A DNA stretch of 63,977 bases, the filler included, from Saprolegnia diclina VS20 (lineage: Eukaryota): NCBI RefSeq assembly GCF_000281045.1. It is 6 parts of 4 records of this genome, joined end to end, with 100 filler letters (N's around TTAATTAATTAA, not from the genome) between each part and the next. Parts side by side here need not be neighbours in the genome. Positions count along the whole stretch, not along the records: positions 19,857 to 48,313 come from NW_008246152.1; 5 more parts are not named here. One strand, given 5' to 3'. The notes under the pieces are model-generated. The model saw only the letters and a list, made by a program, of their open reading frames with translations, was not told the origin of the DNA and ran no database searches. Positions 23,007-37,260 of this stretch are shown piece by piece (position 1 is the stretch's first letter; every line of letters starts with the position of its first letter). The translations under genes and the position numbers were made by a program.

Positions 23007-26000
23007 CCAACGCAAACTCACCAAAACCAAGGTACATATTGACACTTTGGACCTTGTCGACATGTAGTATGGTGTTCCTGATTAGCTGCTTGCAGCGCTG
23101 CACGAAAGACGCATCCAAGATGCCATCACCCTCGTCAAGGCAACCACGGTGGACGTGAATCTGCGGGATGGCGTACGTCGACTCCATCGCGAGCTACGTA
23201 CTGAAGATCCTATTCTTGTAGAATTATGTCCCACTGCTGCAGTTGGTGGTCGACACGGGGGACATGGCGCTCCTGCAAACCCTCCTGTCCAAGCCCAACC
23301 TCGACGTCAACGCCACCGACAAGGTACACTTCTTCATTGAAGACATATTATATTTCACATAACGTACTGTCGTAGGAAGAGCGCACGGCGCTGACACGTG
23401 CGATCGCCAAGAACAACGTTGTAGCGGTGTTCGTGCTGCTAAAAGCCAACGCCAGTGCGACCTTGGTGAACAAAGAGGTATCATCGAATCGTGTCCCCTA
23501 TTGTTTTCGCATGCGCACACGTTGCCTAGGACTTGGCTGTTCAACTGTATGATTTTGGATCGCTACTGCTCCAAGCTGCGTCCACCAACAACACCAGCAN
23601 NNNNNNNNNNNNNNNNNNNNNNNNNNNNNNNNNNNNNNNNNNNNNNNNNNNNNNNNNNNNNNNNNNNNNNNNNNNNNNNNNNNNNNNNNNNNNNNNNNNA
23701 TTTCTCTGGTGTCGCGCTGCTCCAAGCCGCGTCAACCAAGAATGCAAGCAACGTCGAAGCTCTTCTCCTTGCTGGAGTTCGTCCGTCCGCCACCAACGAG
23801 GTGTGCTGCTCCTTGCATATACGAAAACACCGTTCTACGATCCCTCCGTAACTCTAGGACGGAGCCACCGCACTGCACGTGGCTGCTGCCAACGGCCACG
23901 ACACCATCGCTGCGCTGCTGCTGGCCAAGGACCCGTCCCTCTCTTGTCGCAGCGACCATGTATTCCATCCCTCCACACTCAACCAGCCTTTCATATTCCA
24001 CACTAACTAGCGAGGCAATCTGCCGCTGCACCTTGCGGCCGCCAACGGTCACTTGACCGTCGTCGATCACCTGCTCAAGGATGCGACCAACAGCAGTGGT
24101 CTCGACTGCACCAACAACGTACGACAATCGCTTTTCGTGGTTTCCTCATCGCCGATTTGTAGGAGGGGAACACACCCCTTGGTGTCGCTATCACGAGCGG
24201 CCGCGCGGCCATTGTGGCTCGTTTGCATCAAGCCAGCGTAACTTTTATTCTGAAATCGTATCCGTCGTGAAAGAAAGCGACACAAATGCTGTAGAACGGC
24301 AGCAAGAGCCCGGTGGCCAACGCGTCCTTACCACGCCAGAGCGCAGTGGCCCCAACCAAGGTCCGCTGCTATCATGGCCTTCTGGAGATGCCAGATCTCA
24401 TGTAGATGATGACCTTTTTGATGGCCGAGGCAGGGCAATTAGAGGTGCTTGAAGGACTACTCGCCGAATGTCCCGAGCTGCTATCGGCCGTCAATGTATG
24501 TTTTCCGTCATCTCTGTCAACGCTGACTCGCCGATGCAGGATTACGGCATGACGTTGCTCATGCTCGCAGCCGCCAAGCACCATACCGCAGTAGTCGAGA
24601 TGCTCCTTGCGCTGCTGGTTCCCGCGCCTGAGGCCGCCGCGACGTACCCGACCGTAATGACGCGCTGCGCCCTACTCGAGGCAGCCCTCGCGCACATGCA
24701 GCAGTGCAACAAGGTACATGCGTCCCCTGTCGCTGTTTTTGGTACCGAATGAGCTTGTGTAGGCTCAAGTGTCGGTGCTAAAGCTTGCAAGCGGCGACGT
24801 GCGGACGCGACTCGAAGCGTTTCTCATGGATGTTCAAGCGGAGCTCACGAACGACCGAAGTGAAGTGGCGACCAAGGTACATTGATATTATCCTCAATCG
24901 CACTTCGACGGTTGCACCTAGGAGCGCACGCTCACGAATGCTGTCGTTCTCGGTCAATGGACGACAGTCCAGGCGCTCCTTTACGAGGGCGTCCCGTATA
25001 AGGACATGGTTCGAATGCCATCGAATCTACTCTCAAGGTATAGACGACGTGCCGGCTAGGACAAGATTGTGGGCCAGGCCGTCGCGACGGACAACGCAGC
25101 GCTACTGCGAGCCCTTCTTCTCCGCGCCGATGACGCGACCAAAAGCAAGGTACACCGTTCAAGGCATTTCGTCCAACATAACGCTCGGTAGGTATGCGAG
25201 ACGGTGTTGCCGGCCGCCGTGGCCATGAACAAAGTCCGGCTGGTCGGGCTACTCCTGCAGATCGCTGCCAGTCTTGCCGATGGCGTCTGTGGGGTACTCG
25301 TTGTGGCATGTGCAGGACGGCTACACAAATACTCGTGTAGATGAACACCACGCTTCTGCACATGGCCGTCAAGCAAGACCATGCGACCTTGCTGACGCTC
25401 TTGGCTGCAAGTTCCCTTGTCGACATGAACGCCAAAAACGAAGTATGTTGCATGCGGTCGGATCTTGCTGATGTACCATGTGCTATGGTAGGACGGGTAC
25501 ACGGCGCTGGCGCTGGCCGTCCTGTGCAAGCGCAGTCACCTCGTTGACGTTCTCTTGAGCCTTGGCGCTGACCCTTCGTGGCCGCTGCCAGTGCGTGCTC
25601 CTATGAGGCAATGCGATAGACTGGCAGCTCATGCTTCAAATAGGATGGTTCTCCGTTGGTAGTAGCCGCGGTGCAAGGTCTCCCAGAGACCCTCGCGATC
25701 CGAGACGCGCTGCTCGCAGCCTACGGGATTATCTTGGATGATACCGACCCGGTCTCTCTGGTCCACGCTGCTTTGGCTCATAGTAAGCGTCTAGGACGGT
25801 CTCAACAAGGCCCTCGTGCAAGCTGTGCGTCGAGGCCGCGAAGATACCGTGCGCTGCCTCTTGGAGTTGGGCGCGGACGTGTGGACCATGCAACCGGTAG
25901 CTTCGCTGGTACCGTCTTCGTATCTTGATCCTCGGTGTAGGAGCAAAAGGGGATGACGCTTCTCGCTGTGGCCATCCAGCACGGCCATGACGCCATTGCG

Positions 26001-26677
26001 CAAGAGCTCTACCCGCACCTCTATCCAGGTGTCGCGGTGGTATCGCCTCTTTCCTTCGGACGATCGCAAGTAGCGTTGCTACTAGGCGTCGACCGACGAA
26101 TTGACGGTCGAAGTGAGCATTTTCACAAGCCACACCGTGACGGTTCACAAGGGCACGTACTTGGGCAAGGACGCGGTCTTGAAAGGCTCCAAGTTTGCGA
26201 ATGCGCGCCTGATCAAGACCATGTATCGAGAAGTCGAGATTATGAAAACGTACAAACGTGTCCGAATCGTAGCGTCTTGTGACGCAATTCCTGTAGGCTC
26301 ACGTCGCCGTACCTCCTGCCGCTGCTCGCAGTCCTCGACAATGGCTCGCTGAAGCCGCACGCCGTCAAGCCGCGGAGCCAGCTGTTTAGCCCGACCATGA
26401 TCACAGAGTACATGGACCAAGGCGATTTGTTCCAGTACCTCCAGCACAAACAGCACGGAGTAGACTTGGAGATGGAGCTCTCGACCATTGAGGTCGCACT
26501 GGCCGTGGCCATGGCGCTGGCCGACCTGCACCGCCGCAACGTGGCCCACCGCGACGTCAAGAGTCTCAACATCTTCCTCTCGAAGACGTACTACGTCCGG
26601 CTCGGCGACCTGGGCTCGGCGCGGATGCTCGATGGTGACAACTTCACGTCCAACGTCGGCACCAAGTTTTGGATGGC
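23007..26677 (+). CDS. Ankyrin-repeat TKL-like protein kinase (partial, gap-bounded, many introns)
   Basis: Serial ankyrin exons (DGATALHVAAANGH, RGNLPLHLAAANGH, MNTTLLHMAVKQDH) followed by kinase motifs MITEYMDQGDL, HRDVKSLN, DLGSAR and VGTKFWM. Confidence 0.8.
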
Positions 26678-26777
26678 NNNNNNNNNNNNNNNNNNNNNNN
26701 NNNNNNNNNNNNNNNNNNNNNNNNNNNNNNNNNNNNNNNNNNNNNNNNNNNNNNNNNNNNNNNNNNNNNNNNNNNNN

Positions 26778-29626
26778 ACAAGCAGCACGAACGTGATCGC
26801 GGCAACGACAAAGCAGCGCATTCTTCTCGAGTAGGAGCACGGCCATCGCTTCCTCGCCATGCGTGGCCGCCACGTGCAGCGCCGTCCGCAAGGTCTACGC
26901 TGCGGCGTGGTATGCAGCAACAATGAGCGACCTCCGCACCTCGTCCGTCGCGGTGGCGCGCACCCCCATCGCGAGCAGCTTGGCAACAACACCAGTGTCA
27001 CCCGAGGACGCCGCGCGGAGCAGCTGCGCGCTAAACATAAACGCGTCTGGCGACCGAACAAACGCCGCGACCGTCGCCTGCAACTCAATAAGTATTGCCA
27101 ATGTCGGGCGAGGGCATGCGTACCTCGGGCAGATGCTTCCATTCTGCGTTGGCAAGAACCAGCGCCAGCGCCATGGTCGCGCTCTTGTTGGCAATCGCGC
27201 GGTCCAGAGGGGTTTGATTCTACACGTGCGTTGCTGCTCATAAGGTTCGTGCCATCCGATACCTCGTGCTCGACGTTGATGCTTTTGAGAGACTTGGCCA
27301 AGACAGCTTGCAGCATCTCGGTGCTGTTGCGCTCGACAAGGACATGCAGAAGCGGCGCGCCGGCCTACGCCCGTGAGATCACGGCAACACCAACGGTCGT
27401 ACGTTGTTGCACATGCCGTCGACGTCGACGTCCAAAAGCTTGGTGAAGCCGTCAACGTTGTGGTCGCGCACGGCTCGAAACAGCTACCGGAATATTGTTG
27501 GTATACATATATATGTTGGAGCTCGCCGGCGCACCGCGTGGCGTGTAAGCCGGTGCAAGATCACCGTGCGCTGCAACGCCTTGGCCAGCATCCGAGGGGT
27601 CTTGCCCGCCTAGCAAAACATGCATGAGGATGTCATATTCCTTTCGTCTGCCTACGAGGTTGGTAACCGAGAGGGACGCGTCGGCGTCCAGCAGCCGTTG
27701 GACGACATCAATGCGATCATTCTCGATCGCAACATGCAGCGGCCGCATGGAGCCCTACCATCGGTCTCCATCCACCCTTTGATGACGCATCCGGCGCGGC
27801 TACCGCATCCACGTTGGCCTTGTGCGCCACAAAGAGGTCGACGAGTGCGACGTTGCCGTACTTGGCTGCGAGATGCAGTGGCTGGCACAGTGTCTTCTAC
27901 GCGCAAGCATTCTAGTTCAAGATATGAAGTTTGGGTAACGCACGGTGCGCTCCTTGACGTTGGCGTCGACGTTGACGCTCGCACTGGCTCGCAAGAGCTG
28001 GTCGACAATGCCAACATGCTGCTTGGCTGTCGCGACCAAGAGTGCAGTCCAGCCGTTCTAGCAACGATTTGCTCCTCCCATAAAAAGAGAATATGTCATC
28101 TGTACCGTTCGCGCAGCGACGTCGATGGTTGCGCCCGCAGCCACGAGCCGGGCGACGACCTCGCCGTGGTCCTTGGCGGCCGCCTTGTGCAGCGCGGTGC
28201 GACCCGTTTTCTAGGAAACATACGATCCTTCCTAGTGTCTCGTGTGGACGCACCTCGTCTTGGACGTCGACGGGAACACCTTTTTCTAACAGCGAGGTGA
28301 CAGAAGCAAGGTCGCCATCACCAGCGGCAAGCAAAAATCGTTGACTCGCAGTGGCTTGAGCAGTTGCCAGGGCGCCAACGACGTCCGAGTGTCCCTGCTG
28401 TTGCGCAAGTGCCAATGACGAGTCACCTTCCTACGCCAATAAGACATTTTCCAAACTTGGTAGCCATCATGTTCGTACCACGGTTGTGGCAAACACATTA
28501 AAGTCCCTTGCCACGAGCGCCTGCACAACGTCGAGATTTCCTTGCGCCGCCGCCACATGCAGGAGCGTTTGGCCCTTTGAATATATTGCCTTTGAGGCTA
28601 TATGTCTCGGAGATACGTACGCTGGCCGTGGCACTCGCCGATGCTCCTGAATCAAGCAATCGCTCGACAATGTTGGCGTGGCCCGCTTTGGCCGCCACGA
28701 ATAAAGGCACCTCGCCGTCCTGTATCAAGTTGATACATTCATTTATAAGTGAAAGAAGTGTGCGTACGTTGTTGGTGCAGTCGAGACCACTGCTGTCGGT
28801 CGAATCCTTGAGCAGGTGATCGACGACGGTCAAGTGACCGCTGGCGGCCGCAAGGTGCAGCGGCAGATTGCCTCGCTAGTTAGTGTGGAATATGAAAGGT
28901 TGGTTGAATGTAGAGGGATGGAATACATGGTCGCTGTGCAGAGAGAGCGATGGGTCCTTTGCCAGCAGCAGCGTGGTGATGGCGTCGTAGCCGTTGGCAG
29001 CGGCAACGTGCAGTGCGGAGGCGCCGTCCTAGAGTTACGGAGGGATCGTTGGACGTTTACAAAAAGAATGTGCGAATGTCGTACCTCATTGGCCATTGCA
29101 GGACACACTCCGGCTAGTAGCCAGCGCTCGACGCTGCTGACGTTGTTGGCGGATGCTGCTTGAAGCAGGGCATTGCCAGAGAGATCTGCGGCAAAGAGCC
29201 ATCGCAGTTGCACCTAGTATCAATGTATCGGGTGTTGTATGTGCACTCGGTTTTCAACCTCGTTCAGCTGGTCTACGCTGGCGTTGGCTTTCAACAGAGC
29301 AAAAACCGCTGCAACGTTGCTCTTGGCGATCGCACGCGTCAGCGCCGTGCGCTCTTCCTACGACAGTACGTTATGTGGAATATAATATATGTCCTCAATG
29401 AAGAAGTATACCTTGTCGGTGGCGTTGACGTCGAGGTTGGGCTTGGACAGGAGGGTTTGTAGGAGCGCCATGTCCCCCGTGTCGACCACCAACTGCAGCA
29501 GTGGGACATAATTCTACAACAATAGGATCCTTAGTACGTAGCTCGCGATGGAGTCGACGTACGCCATCCCGCAGATTCACGTCCACCGTGGTTGACTTGA
29601 TGAGGGTGATGGCATCTTGGATGCGT
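26778..29626 (-). CDS. Ankyrin-repeat gene segment (partial); overlaps in sequence with the 41702-48313 gene
   Basis: Ankyrin exons DGEVPLFVAAKAGH, GQTLLHVAAAQGN, RPLHVAIENDR and RTALHVAATHG. 26778-28959 appears identical to 46132-48313. Confidence 0.8.
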
Positions 29627-29726
29627 NNNNNNNNNNNNNNNNNNNNNNNNNNNNNNNNNNNNNNNNNNNNNNNNNNNNNNNNNNNNNNNNNNNNNNNNNN
29701 NNNNNNNNNNNNNNNNNNNNNNNNNN

Positions 29727-31951
29727 CATTGATATTATCCTCAATCGCACTTCGACGGTTGCACCTAGGAGCGCACGCTCACGAATGCTGTCGTTCTCGG
29801 TCAATGGACGACAGTCCAGGCGCTCCTTTACGAGGGCGTCCCGTATAAGGACATGGTTCGAATGCCATCGAATCTACTCTCAAGGTATAGACGACGTGCC
29901 GGCTAGGACAAGATTGTGGGCCAGGCCGTCGCGTCGGACAACGCAGCGCTACTGCGAGCCCTTCTTCTCCGCGCCGATGACGCGACCAAAAGCAAGGTAC
30001 ACCGGTCAAGGCATTTCGTCCAACATAACGCTCGGTAGGTATGCGAGACGGTGTTGCCGGCCGCCGTGGCCATGAACAAAGTCCGGCTGGTCGGGCTACT
30101 CCTGCAGATCGCTGCCAGTCTTGCCGATGGCGTCTGTGGGGTACTCGTTGTGGCATGTGCAGGACGGCTACACAAATACTCGTGTAGATGAACACCACGC
30201 TTCTGCACATGGCCGTCAAGCAAGACCATGCGACCTTGCTGACGCTCTTGGCTGCAAGTTCCCTTGTCGACATGAACGCCAAAAACGAAGTATGTTGCAT
30301 GCGGTCGGATCTTGCTGATGTACCATGTGCTATGGTAGGACGGGTACACGGCGCTGGCGCTGGCCGTCCTGTGCAAGCGCAGTCACCTCGTTGACGTTCT
30401 CTTGAGCCTTGGCGCTGACCCTTCGTGGCCGCTGCCAGTGCGTGCTCCTATGAGGCAATGCGATAGACTGGCAGCTCATGCTTCAAATAGGATGGTTCTC
30501 CGTTGGTAGTAGCCGCGGTGCAAGGTCTCCCAGAGACCCTCGCGATCCGAGACGCGCTGCTCGCAGCTTACGGGATTTTCTTGGATAATGCCGACCCGGT
30601 CTCTCTGGTCCACGCTGCTTTGGCTCATAGTAAGCGTCTAGGACGGTCTCAACAAGGCCCTCGTGCAAGCTGTGCGTCGAGGCCGCGAAGATACCGTGCG
30701 CTGCCTCTTGGAGTTGGGCGCGGACGTGTGGACCATGCAACCGGTAGCTTCGCTGGTACCGTCTTCGTATCTTGATCCTCGGTGTAGGAGCAAAAGGGGA
30801 TGACGCTTCTCGCTGTGGCCATCCAGCACGGCCATGACGCCATTGCGCAAGAGCTCTACCCGCACCTCTATCCAGGTGTCGCGGTGGTATCGCCTCTTTC
30901 CTTCGGACGATCGCAAGTAGCGTTGCTACTAGGCGTCGACCGACGAATTGACGGTCGAAGTGAGCATTTTCACAAGCCACACCGTGACGGTTCACAAGGG
31001 CACGTACTTGGGCAAGGACGCGGTCTTGAAAGGCTCCAAGTTTGCGAATGCGCGCCTGATCAAGACCATGTATCGAGAAGTCGAGATTATGAAAACGTAC
31101 AACCGGGCCCGAATCGTAGCGTCTTGTGACGCAATTCCTGTAGGCTCACGTCGCCGTACCTCCTGCCGCTGCTCGCAGTCCTCGACAATGGCTCGCTGAA
31201 GCCGCACGCCGTCAAGCCGCGGAGCCAGCTGTTTAGCCCGACCATGATCACAGAGTACATGGACCAAGGCGATTTGTTCCAGTACCTCCAGCACAAACAG
31301 CACGGAGTAGACTTGGAGATGGAGCTCTCGACCATTGAGGTCGCACTGGCCGTGGCCATGGCGCTGGCCGACCTGCACCGCCGCAACGTGGCCCACCGCG
31401 ACGTCAAGAGTCTCAACATCTTCCTCTCGAAGACGTACTACGTCCGGCTCGGCGACCTGGGCTCGGCGCGGATGCTCGATGGTGACAACTTCACGTCCAA
31501 CGTCGGCACCAAGTTTTGGATGGCACCCGAGGTGCTCCGGGTGCCAGATCTTGCAGGGCAAGGCCGTGCGTACACGACGGCCGCCGACATTTACTCGTTT
31601 GGCGTCGTCTTGACCGAGCTCGATACGCTCTGTGAGCCGTACTCGGATCTCGTCGATCGCAGCAACATTGAAGCCCAGGTCCGCACGGGGCTGCTGCGCC
31701 CAACCATGAGCGCGACGTGCCCGCGCTGGCTCCAGGACCTCGCAGACAAGTGTCTGGCGTTCAACCCGACGGAGCGCCCGACAGCGGAAGCGATTGTGAC
31801 TGAGCTCCTCCTGCGCCGCAAGACTGGCAATGACGATGACGCGCCGACGAGCAGTCTGCTTGAGAAGGCGACGACGATGACGCGCACCAACGTCAAGGGG
31901 CTGCCGACGATCTCGGAAGGCTCCAATAACAGCAGCGAGGTACTTTTGTGA
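29727..31951 (+). CDS. Ankyrin-repeat TKL-like kinase, 3' half with complete kinase domain (near-identical copy of 24880-26677)
   Basis: HRDVKSLN, DLG, MAPE, ADIYSFGVVL and PTERPTA motifs. The ORF track repeats at offset 4847 with only scattered substitutions. Confidence 0.85.
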
Positions 31952-32289
31952 TGTCATTGCTCTCTCAATCCTCATTTTTGTCTTCGTACGTAGGCTGCGT
32001 AAGGCGCTGATAACGCACGGGCCTCTGTATATCGCTTGTATTTCCGCTTTTGAACCAATCGATTTTGCATATATCTCTGAGTCAGTTTGCAGAAGCAACG
32101 AGAACCCCCAACTTGACTGGGATTTTGACGCACCAGCGCGCCTCATGTGTGTTGAAAACGATCGAGAATGCGAGTACGAACATTGCCGGCTAGGGCTAGG
32201 GTCAACAAGCACGGCCCCGCATTCCATCTTGATCACTCCATGGACGACGAGCGACACGCATATGACGTACACAGCCGCGGCCACGACGA

Positions 32290-32500
32290 AGCGTGCCCAC
32301 GAGCAGCGAACTCAACGATGTTTGCCTCTTCAAGCGCCATTTTGTGGGCCTCGGCGACCTGGGCTCGGACCGGACCCTCGATGCGTTATATCAGGCAGCG
32401 TCGGTACCACATTCTGGGTCGCCTACGAGGTGTTTCGAGTCCCGGGGGCGACTGCCGGGGGCTGCGCGTACTCTTCGGCCGCTAACATTTACTCTCGTCT
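32290..32500 (+). pseudogene. Degenerate kinase fragment (subdomains VII-IX)
   Basis: Frameshifted remnants VGLGDLGSDR..VGTTFWVAYEVFRVP..AYSSAANIYS resemble the adjacent kinase (LGDLGSAR..VGTKFWMAPEVLRVP..YTTAADIYS). Confidence 0.6.
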
Positions 32501-32649
32501 GGACCCTGATGGTCACGCTCGCCACTTCAACCTTTTCATAGTGGCGCATGCCACTAATAACCATATTTAGATACTATATATGGCTATACTTGGCGTCTGC
32601 CAGTATTAATAACAGATGTGATTTCTCGTGTTGTACGCGTCGCCTGACC

Positions 32650-35600
32650 ATGCGATATAGCGCAACGTACTCTCCAAAGTGTCTTTTATCTCTGTGCAAA
32701 GTTATAGCGAATTCGTTTCAAACTCGATTGGGGCGTCGAAAGCGGTCGTTCCCCGAGGAGCGGCTGGTGTGGCGAAGCGAATCGACCGTGATTGGCCAAA
32801 TATATGAGTATTCTGACCAATGAGATACGACTTTGGAGCCGACCATGGCGGTGCAGCTGCAACATCGGCCTGGCCGTTGCACGCCCGAGTAACGCCGATG
32901 CTATGGAGTCGTATACGACGCTCGACGATAAAGCCTCAACACCAACACGCCGTGCGCGTCACATCCAGCGATATTTTGCTCGCTATGACGCGACCGCCGG
33001 TGACGACAACGACGTCATCCTCGCATTCGTCCACACGTGGAGCGCCCACCAGCATCTCTGGCGGCTAGCACACGCCACCTACGAACCGCCGCTGCACCAC
33101 GGTATAAACATTCATTTTGAAATATGTTTGAAGTCGAGTTGTAGCCTGTCGCAACGGCAATATTGATGGTGTAAATCGTTTGCTGAACGACGGAACGTGT
33201 GCACTCTACCAAGATGCGACGCTCTCGACGGCCCTGCACGTCGCGGTGGCCCATGGCCACGTCGCATGCGTCGATCGACTGCTGCAGGAGAGAGATATAC
33301 CTCTGCAACTCCATGTCCAAAACCATCGGGGCGAGACCCCGCTCCATGTTGCCCTGGTACGATATATACTTCATAGAAGAAGATGCAAAATGCGATCGTG
33401 GGAAATGGTAGAAGCGAAAACGATACATCATGGCCGACTCCATGCTCCAACATGCCTCTACGGCAACGCTACAGCGTTTGGACAACAACGGCTGGTCCAT
33501 TCAAGCGCTCGACGTCCATCAGCGGTACATGTGCATTTTCTTTTTCAATGTTTTTTTGAGATTTTACAGCCATTTATTTCGTGTCAATGACTAGAGGTTG
33601 CCTCCATGAGGCGTGTCGCAATGGCAGCGTCGCGCGCCTGCAACACTTGACGACAACGTACAAGCTACCGCTCGATGCAGCGTTGCCGCAACTCCAATGG
33701 AGCTTGCTGCATCAAGGTAGCTTCACCTATCCCTAAGCGAAGGATCGACTCAAAGTCAGTAGCTTGTGCATCGATGCACATCGACTGCGTTCGGTCCTTG
33801 TTGGCGCAAGTTCCGCACCTCGTATTTCAAGCCGATCAGTCGGGCGCGACGCCGCTACATGTGTGTGCAGCCCACGGCTTCCTTGAAGGCATTGTTTTGC
33901 TCTTGGACGCAGCGATAGCAGCCTCGCACCTTCCACGATTGCTGTCGGCTGTGGACGTCAACGGTCGCACGGCCCTGCACACAAGCCTCTTACGCCGTCA
34001 ACGTGGCATCGCCATGTACTTGCTGACGACGAGTCAGATCCACGGCTTGGCGGCCACTGATTTTTTGGCGCTTTGCGATGTCGCGCTATACACGGCGCTG
34101 CATTATGCCGCGGCGATCGGCGCCAATGAAATCGTGCGGGCGTTGATCGACGCCGGCGTCAACATTGAACATGGGGTACCATCTACCACCTATCTGACGA
34201 AGGAAAACGAGCCGGACCTTGCTACCGCGACCCGACGTCGGCCACTACTCGCTGCCACGTACATTTTCACTCTAAATTCTGCTGGAAATATGTGACATAT
34301 CTTGATTAGGACACTGCAGGATGTACAACAGTCGGTGATCGAACTCAAAACGTTGTGGTTCGCAGTACACAGCCGTGAGCGGTCTCACATCGGTGACGCG
34401 CCGTCCGTCACCCGCTTTCGCCATACCAAAGTTGTTTTGGACGCTTCACGGACCGAGGAAGCGCCGACATCACCGCTGCTTGTGGCGCTCCGCGGCCGTC
34501 AGTACGAGACGGCGCAACTCTTGCTCGACGCCGGCGCCGACGCTGGGCATGGGTTCGAACCTCCGTCATGTCGTCCTTTGTGCTGACATATTTGTGTACC
34601 GATAGCACCTTTGCAAACATATTTTTGCAGCATCCTCAAAGTCGGCCGGTGCTCACACCTTTTGCAAACCAGTGGCTGGCGTCGCCGGCGCCATATGACG
34701 CTGCCCGGTGCATTCCAGCTCTCGTCAAGAGTGTCTGCAAGGGACAGGGTAGCGAAGACGACGTGTGTGCGCTCCTGGCCCTGTACGCCACGATACAAAA
34801 GAAAGCTATCCTTGTCAACGATACAACCTGTCTGGTGCTGGCGCTGACCCACGAAAAGCTTGCTCTTGCAAGCTGCTTGCGTACGCTAAGCGTGCCATGG
34901 CCACCGCAGGTGCGATGCCTGCGCCAAGATACTGTTTTGACATCGTATTTTCAATGCACTGTTTGCGTAGGTTTCGCTGCTCTGCATTGTAGCGTCTGCC
35001 GCAAGCCCCAAAAGTGTCGAGTGGCTCATCGAACACAACTACCCGATCGACGCCAAAGACGCACCCGCGTTGAAGCTGGCGCTCACGATGCATGGCCATC
35101 GATGGACAACACGTGCTTTGCGCGAGCACGAGCGCCGGTCAGCGATTGGCTACCGCCTCCTGACCCATAATGCGTACCTCGCCCAGCTTGTGCGTCGCAA
35201 ACTCTCTGGATTGATATTTTGAAACAATTGCGTGCAATTAGACTCCGGCGCCCTGCCTTCGGCGTGCGATCCAAGGTGGCTTTGTCGACGCCGCCCTCGC
35301 CCTTCACCAGCATGTTGCGACCGACGTCGACACGAGCGACCTTGCGCCAGTCGCTGATGCCAACTTGGTACTGGCGCTGCGACCGCCGTGGGCACTCAAC
35401 TGGGCGTGTTGCGCGAACTCGCCGCTCGCCAACGTGCGGAGTCTAATTCAACGCCAATCGCGCCTCCAACGCGGCCTCTTACTGCGAGGTACAATGCGCA
35501 GATGCACGACCCAGGACTCTTTCTACGCAGCAAGGCAATGGTAGGCAGACCAGCTGCGAGCTGGGCCGTTCAGTTTCAACGGCTCGACATTCTTCGCGTG

Positions 35601-37160
35601 CTTCTCGTGCTTGAAGGACCGTGGTGCTTGCATGAGCTCGATGCCAAAGGTAAGATATATACTGATGTGATATATGACCCTACTGAGGTGTCGTATTCTA
35701 GGACGAAGCGTACTTCACTATGGTGTCCAGCAACTCAGTACTGAGCTCCTCACATTTCTATGGTCGCATCTGCCCCATCCGTCGAGCTCAAGTTCGCTTC
35801 TCGCAACCGCCATCAGAGCCAACCAACTGAACATCGCCCAGTGGCTCGCATCCAAAAGCGATATTTGCTGGCGTGATCCAGTGGTATAGTTGAATATCGA
35901 CCCGTTGGTTATGCAAAATGCGTAGTCGACGCGTCGTGACACGCTGTTGCACGTGGCGTGTGCGGCCGGCCACCTCGCGCTAGTGGAATGGCTCGAAGCC
36001 ATCTGCCCCGAGCTTGTCTCTGTTGCCAACGACGACGGCTACGTGCCGTACGACTACCTCGCGTACATACATCTCTCTGAAGCGACAGACCACCAAATGG
36101 CGTAGGTTCTTTGGGCATCCCATGGGAGCTTCTCGCAGCGCGTCCTATCGCGCAGCGATTCACCCACACTCGCTCAAGCTGTTCTTTACCGATACCAGCG
36201 AACCATCCTGGCGACCTTTGCTCGGGGCGCTGCGGAGTCTGCTTGCCGCTCCTGCCAACGTAAACCCTCCACCTTGCTACACCAACACCACTGTTTGGGG
36301 CGTAGACGACGCAGCATTTGATTGTCTCTCGATGTACTGATGGCTACTACCGTGTACATGCGGCTTGCGGGCGCAACGCTGTCGGGCATCTGACGCAACT
36401 AGCAGCCCACGGCCTCTCGCTGACCGCCCGAAGCAAGCGTTTTCACAATCTGACTCCGCTGCAATACGCAGCGCGCCGGTACAAAATATTCAACTACGAA
36501 TGCAATCAGATCTGATAGAGAGCCTTGGATAGAGGCGCTATGGATGCGATGGAGTGTCTCCTGGATCATGGCGTTGTCGATACGGCGTGGGCAGACGGCA
36601 ATGCCCTCTACGAAGCCGCCACCAAAACCACGCGCCAGCACGCCCACATTGTCGAGCGGCTGCTCTCGCTGCCTCTTGCTGATGCTGAGACGTACCTCGG
36701 GCGGCTCCGCGGCGATGGATCAACCCCGACACTGCTGCATTATGTCGCTCGGTCGCCGTACGCGCAAGGTGCCATTGATTGCTTGCTCGATACATACCAC
36801 GCCGAGATCGACGTTGTGGTACGATTGGATTGGTCCATTTTTGAAAGATTGAAAGGTTGAAACATTGAGAGATAGGATGCCATGGGCTGCACGCCGGTGC
36901 AGTACGCACTCGTGAGCGGCGCGACGCGAACGTTCTTGCATCTGCTTCGGCGAGGTAGAACCTTCTCGGAAAATAAGGATAGCACCATGGATGTAGGCGC
37001 TCGATTGGAAGCCGAGTACGAAGGGCAGTCGGCGCTCTACTACACATTGCAGTTACTCCCGTCGGATATTTGGCGCCTTTTTCTTCAAAGTACGCACTCC
37101 AATGAAGATCGTATCACTAATATCGCTAGTCTTTCTGAGACATGTGCTGCACCGGCGCTA
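32650..37160 (+). CDS. Large multi-exon ankyrin-repeat protein; 3' end lost in a gap
   Basis: Many ankyrin motifs (TALHVAVAHGH, GETPLHVAL, GATPLHVCAAHG, GRTALH, TALHYAAAIG, LTPLQYAAR, GCTPVQYAL) separated by short introns. Confidence 0.8.
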
Positions 37161-37260
37161 NNNNNNNNNNNNNNNNNNNNNNNNNNNNNNNNNNNNNNNN
37201 NNNNNNNNNNNNNNNNNNNNNNNNNNNNNNNNNNNNNNNNNNNNNNNNNNNNNNNNNNNN

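Noticed and set aside
21430..23187. Long ORFs spanning N runs (also 50656-51378)
   Set aside because: Their length comes from untranslatable N blocks.
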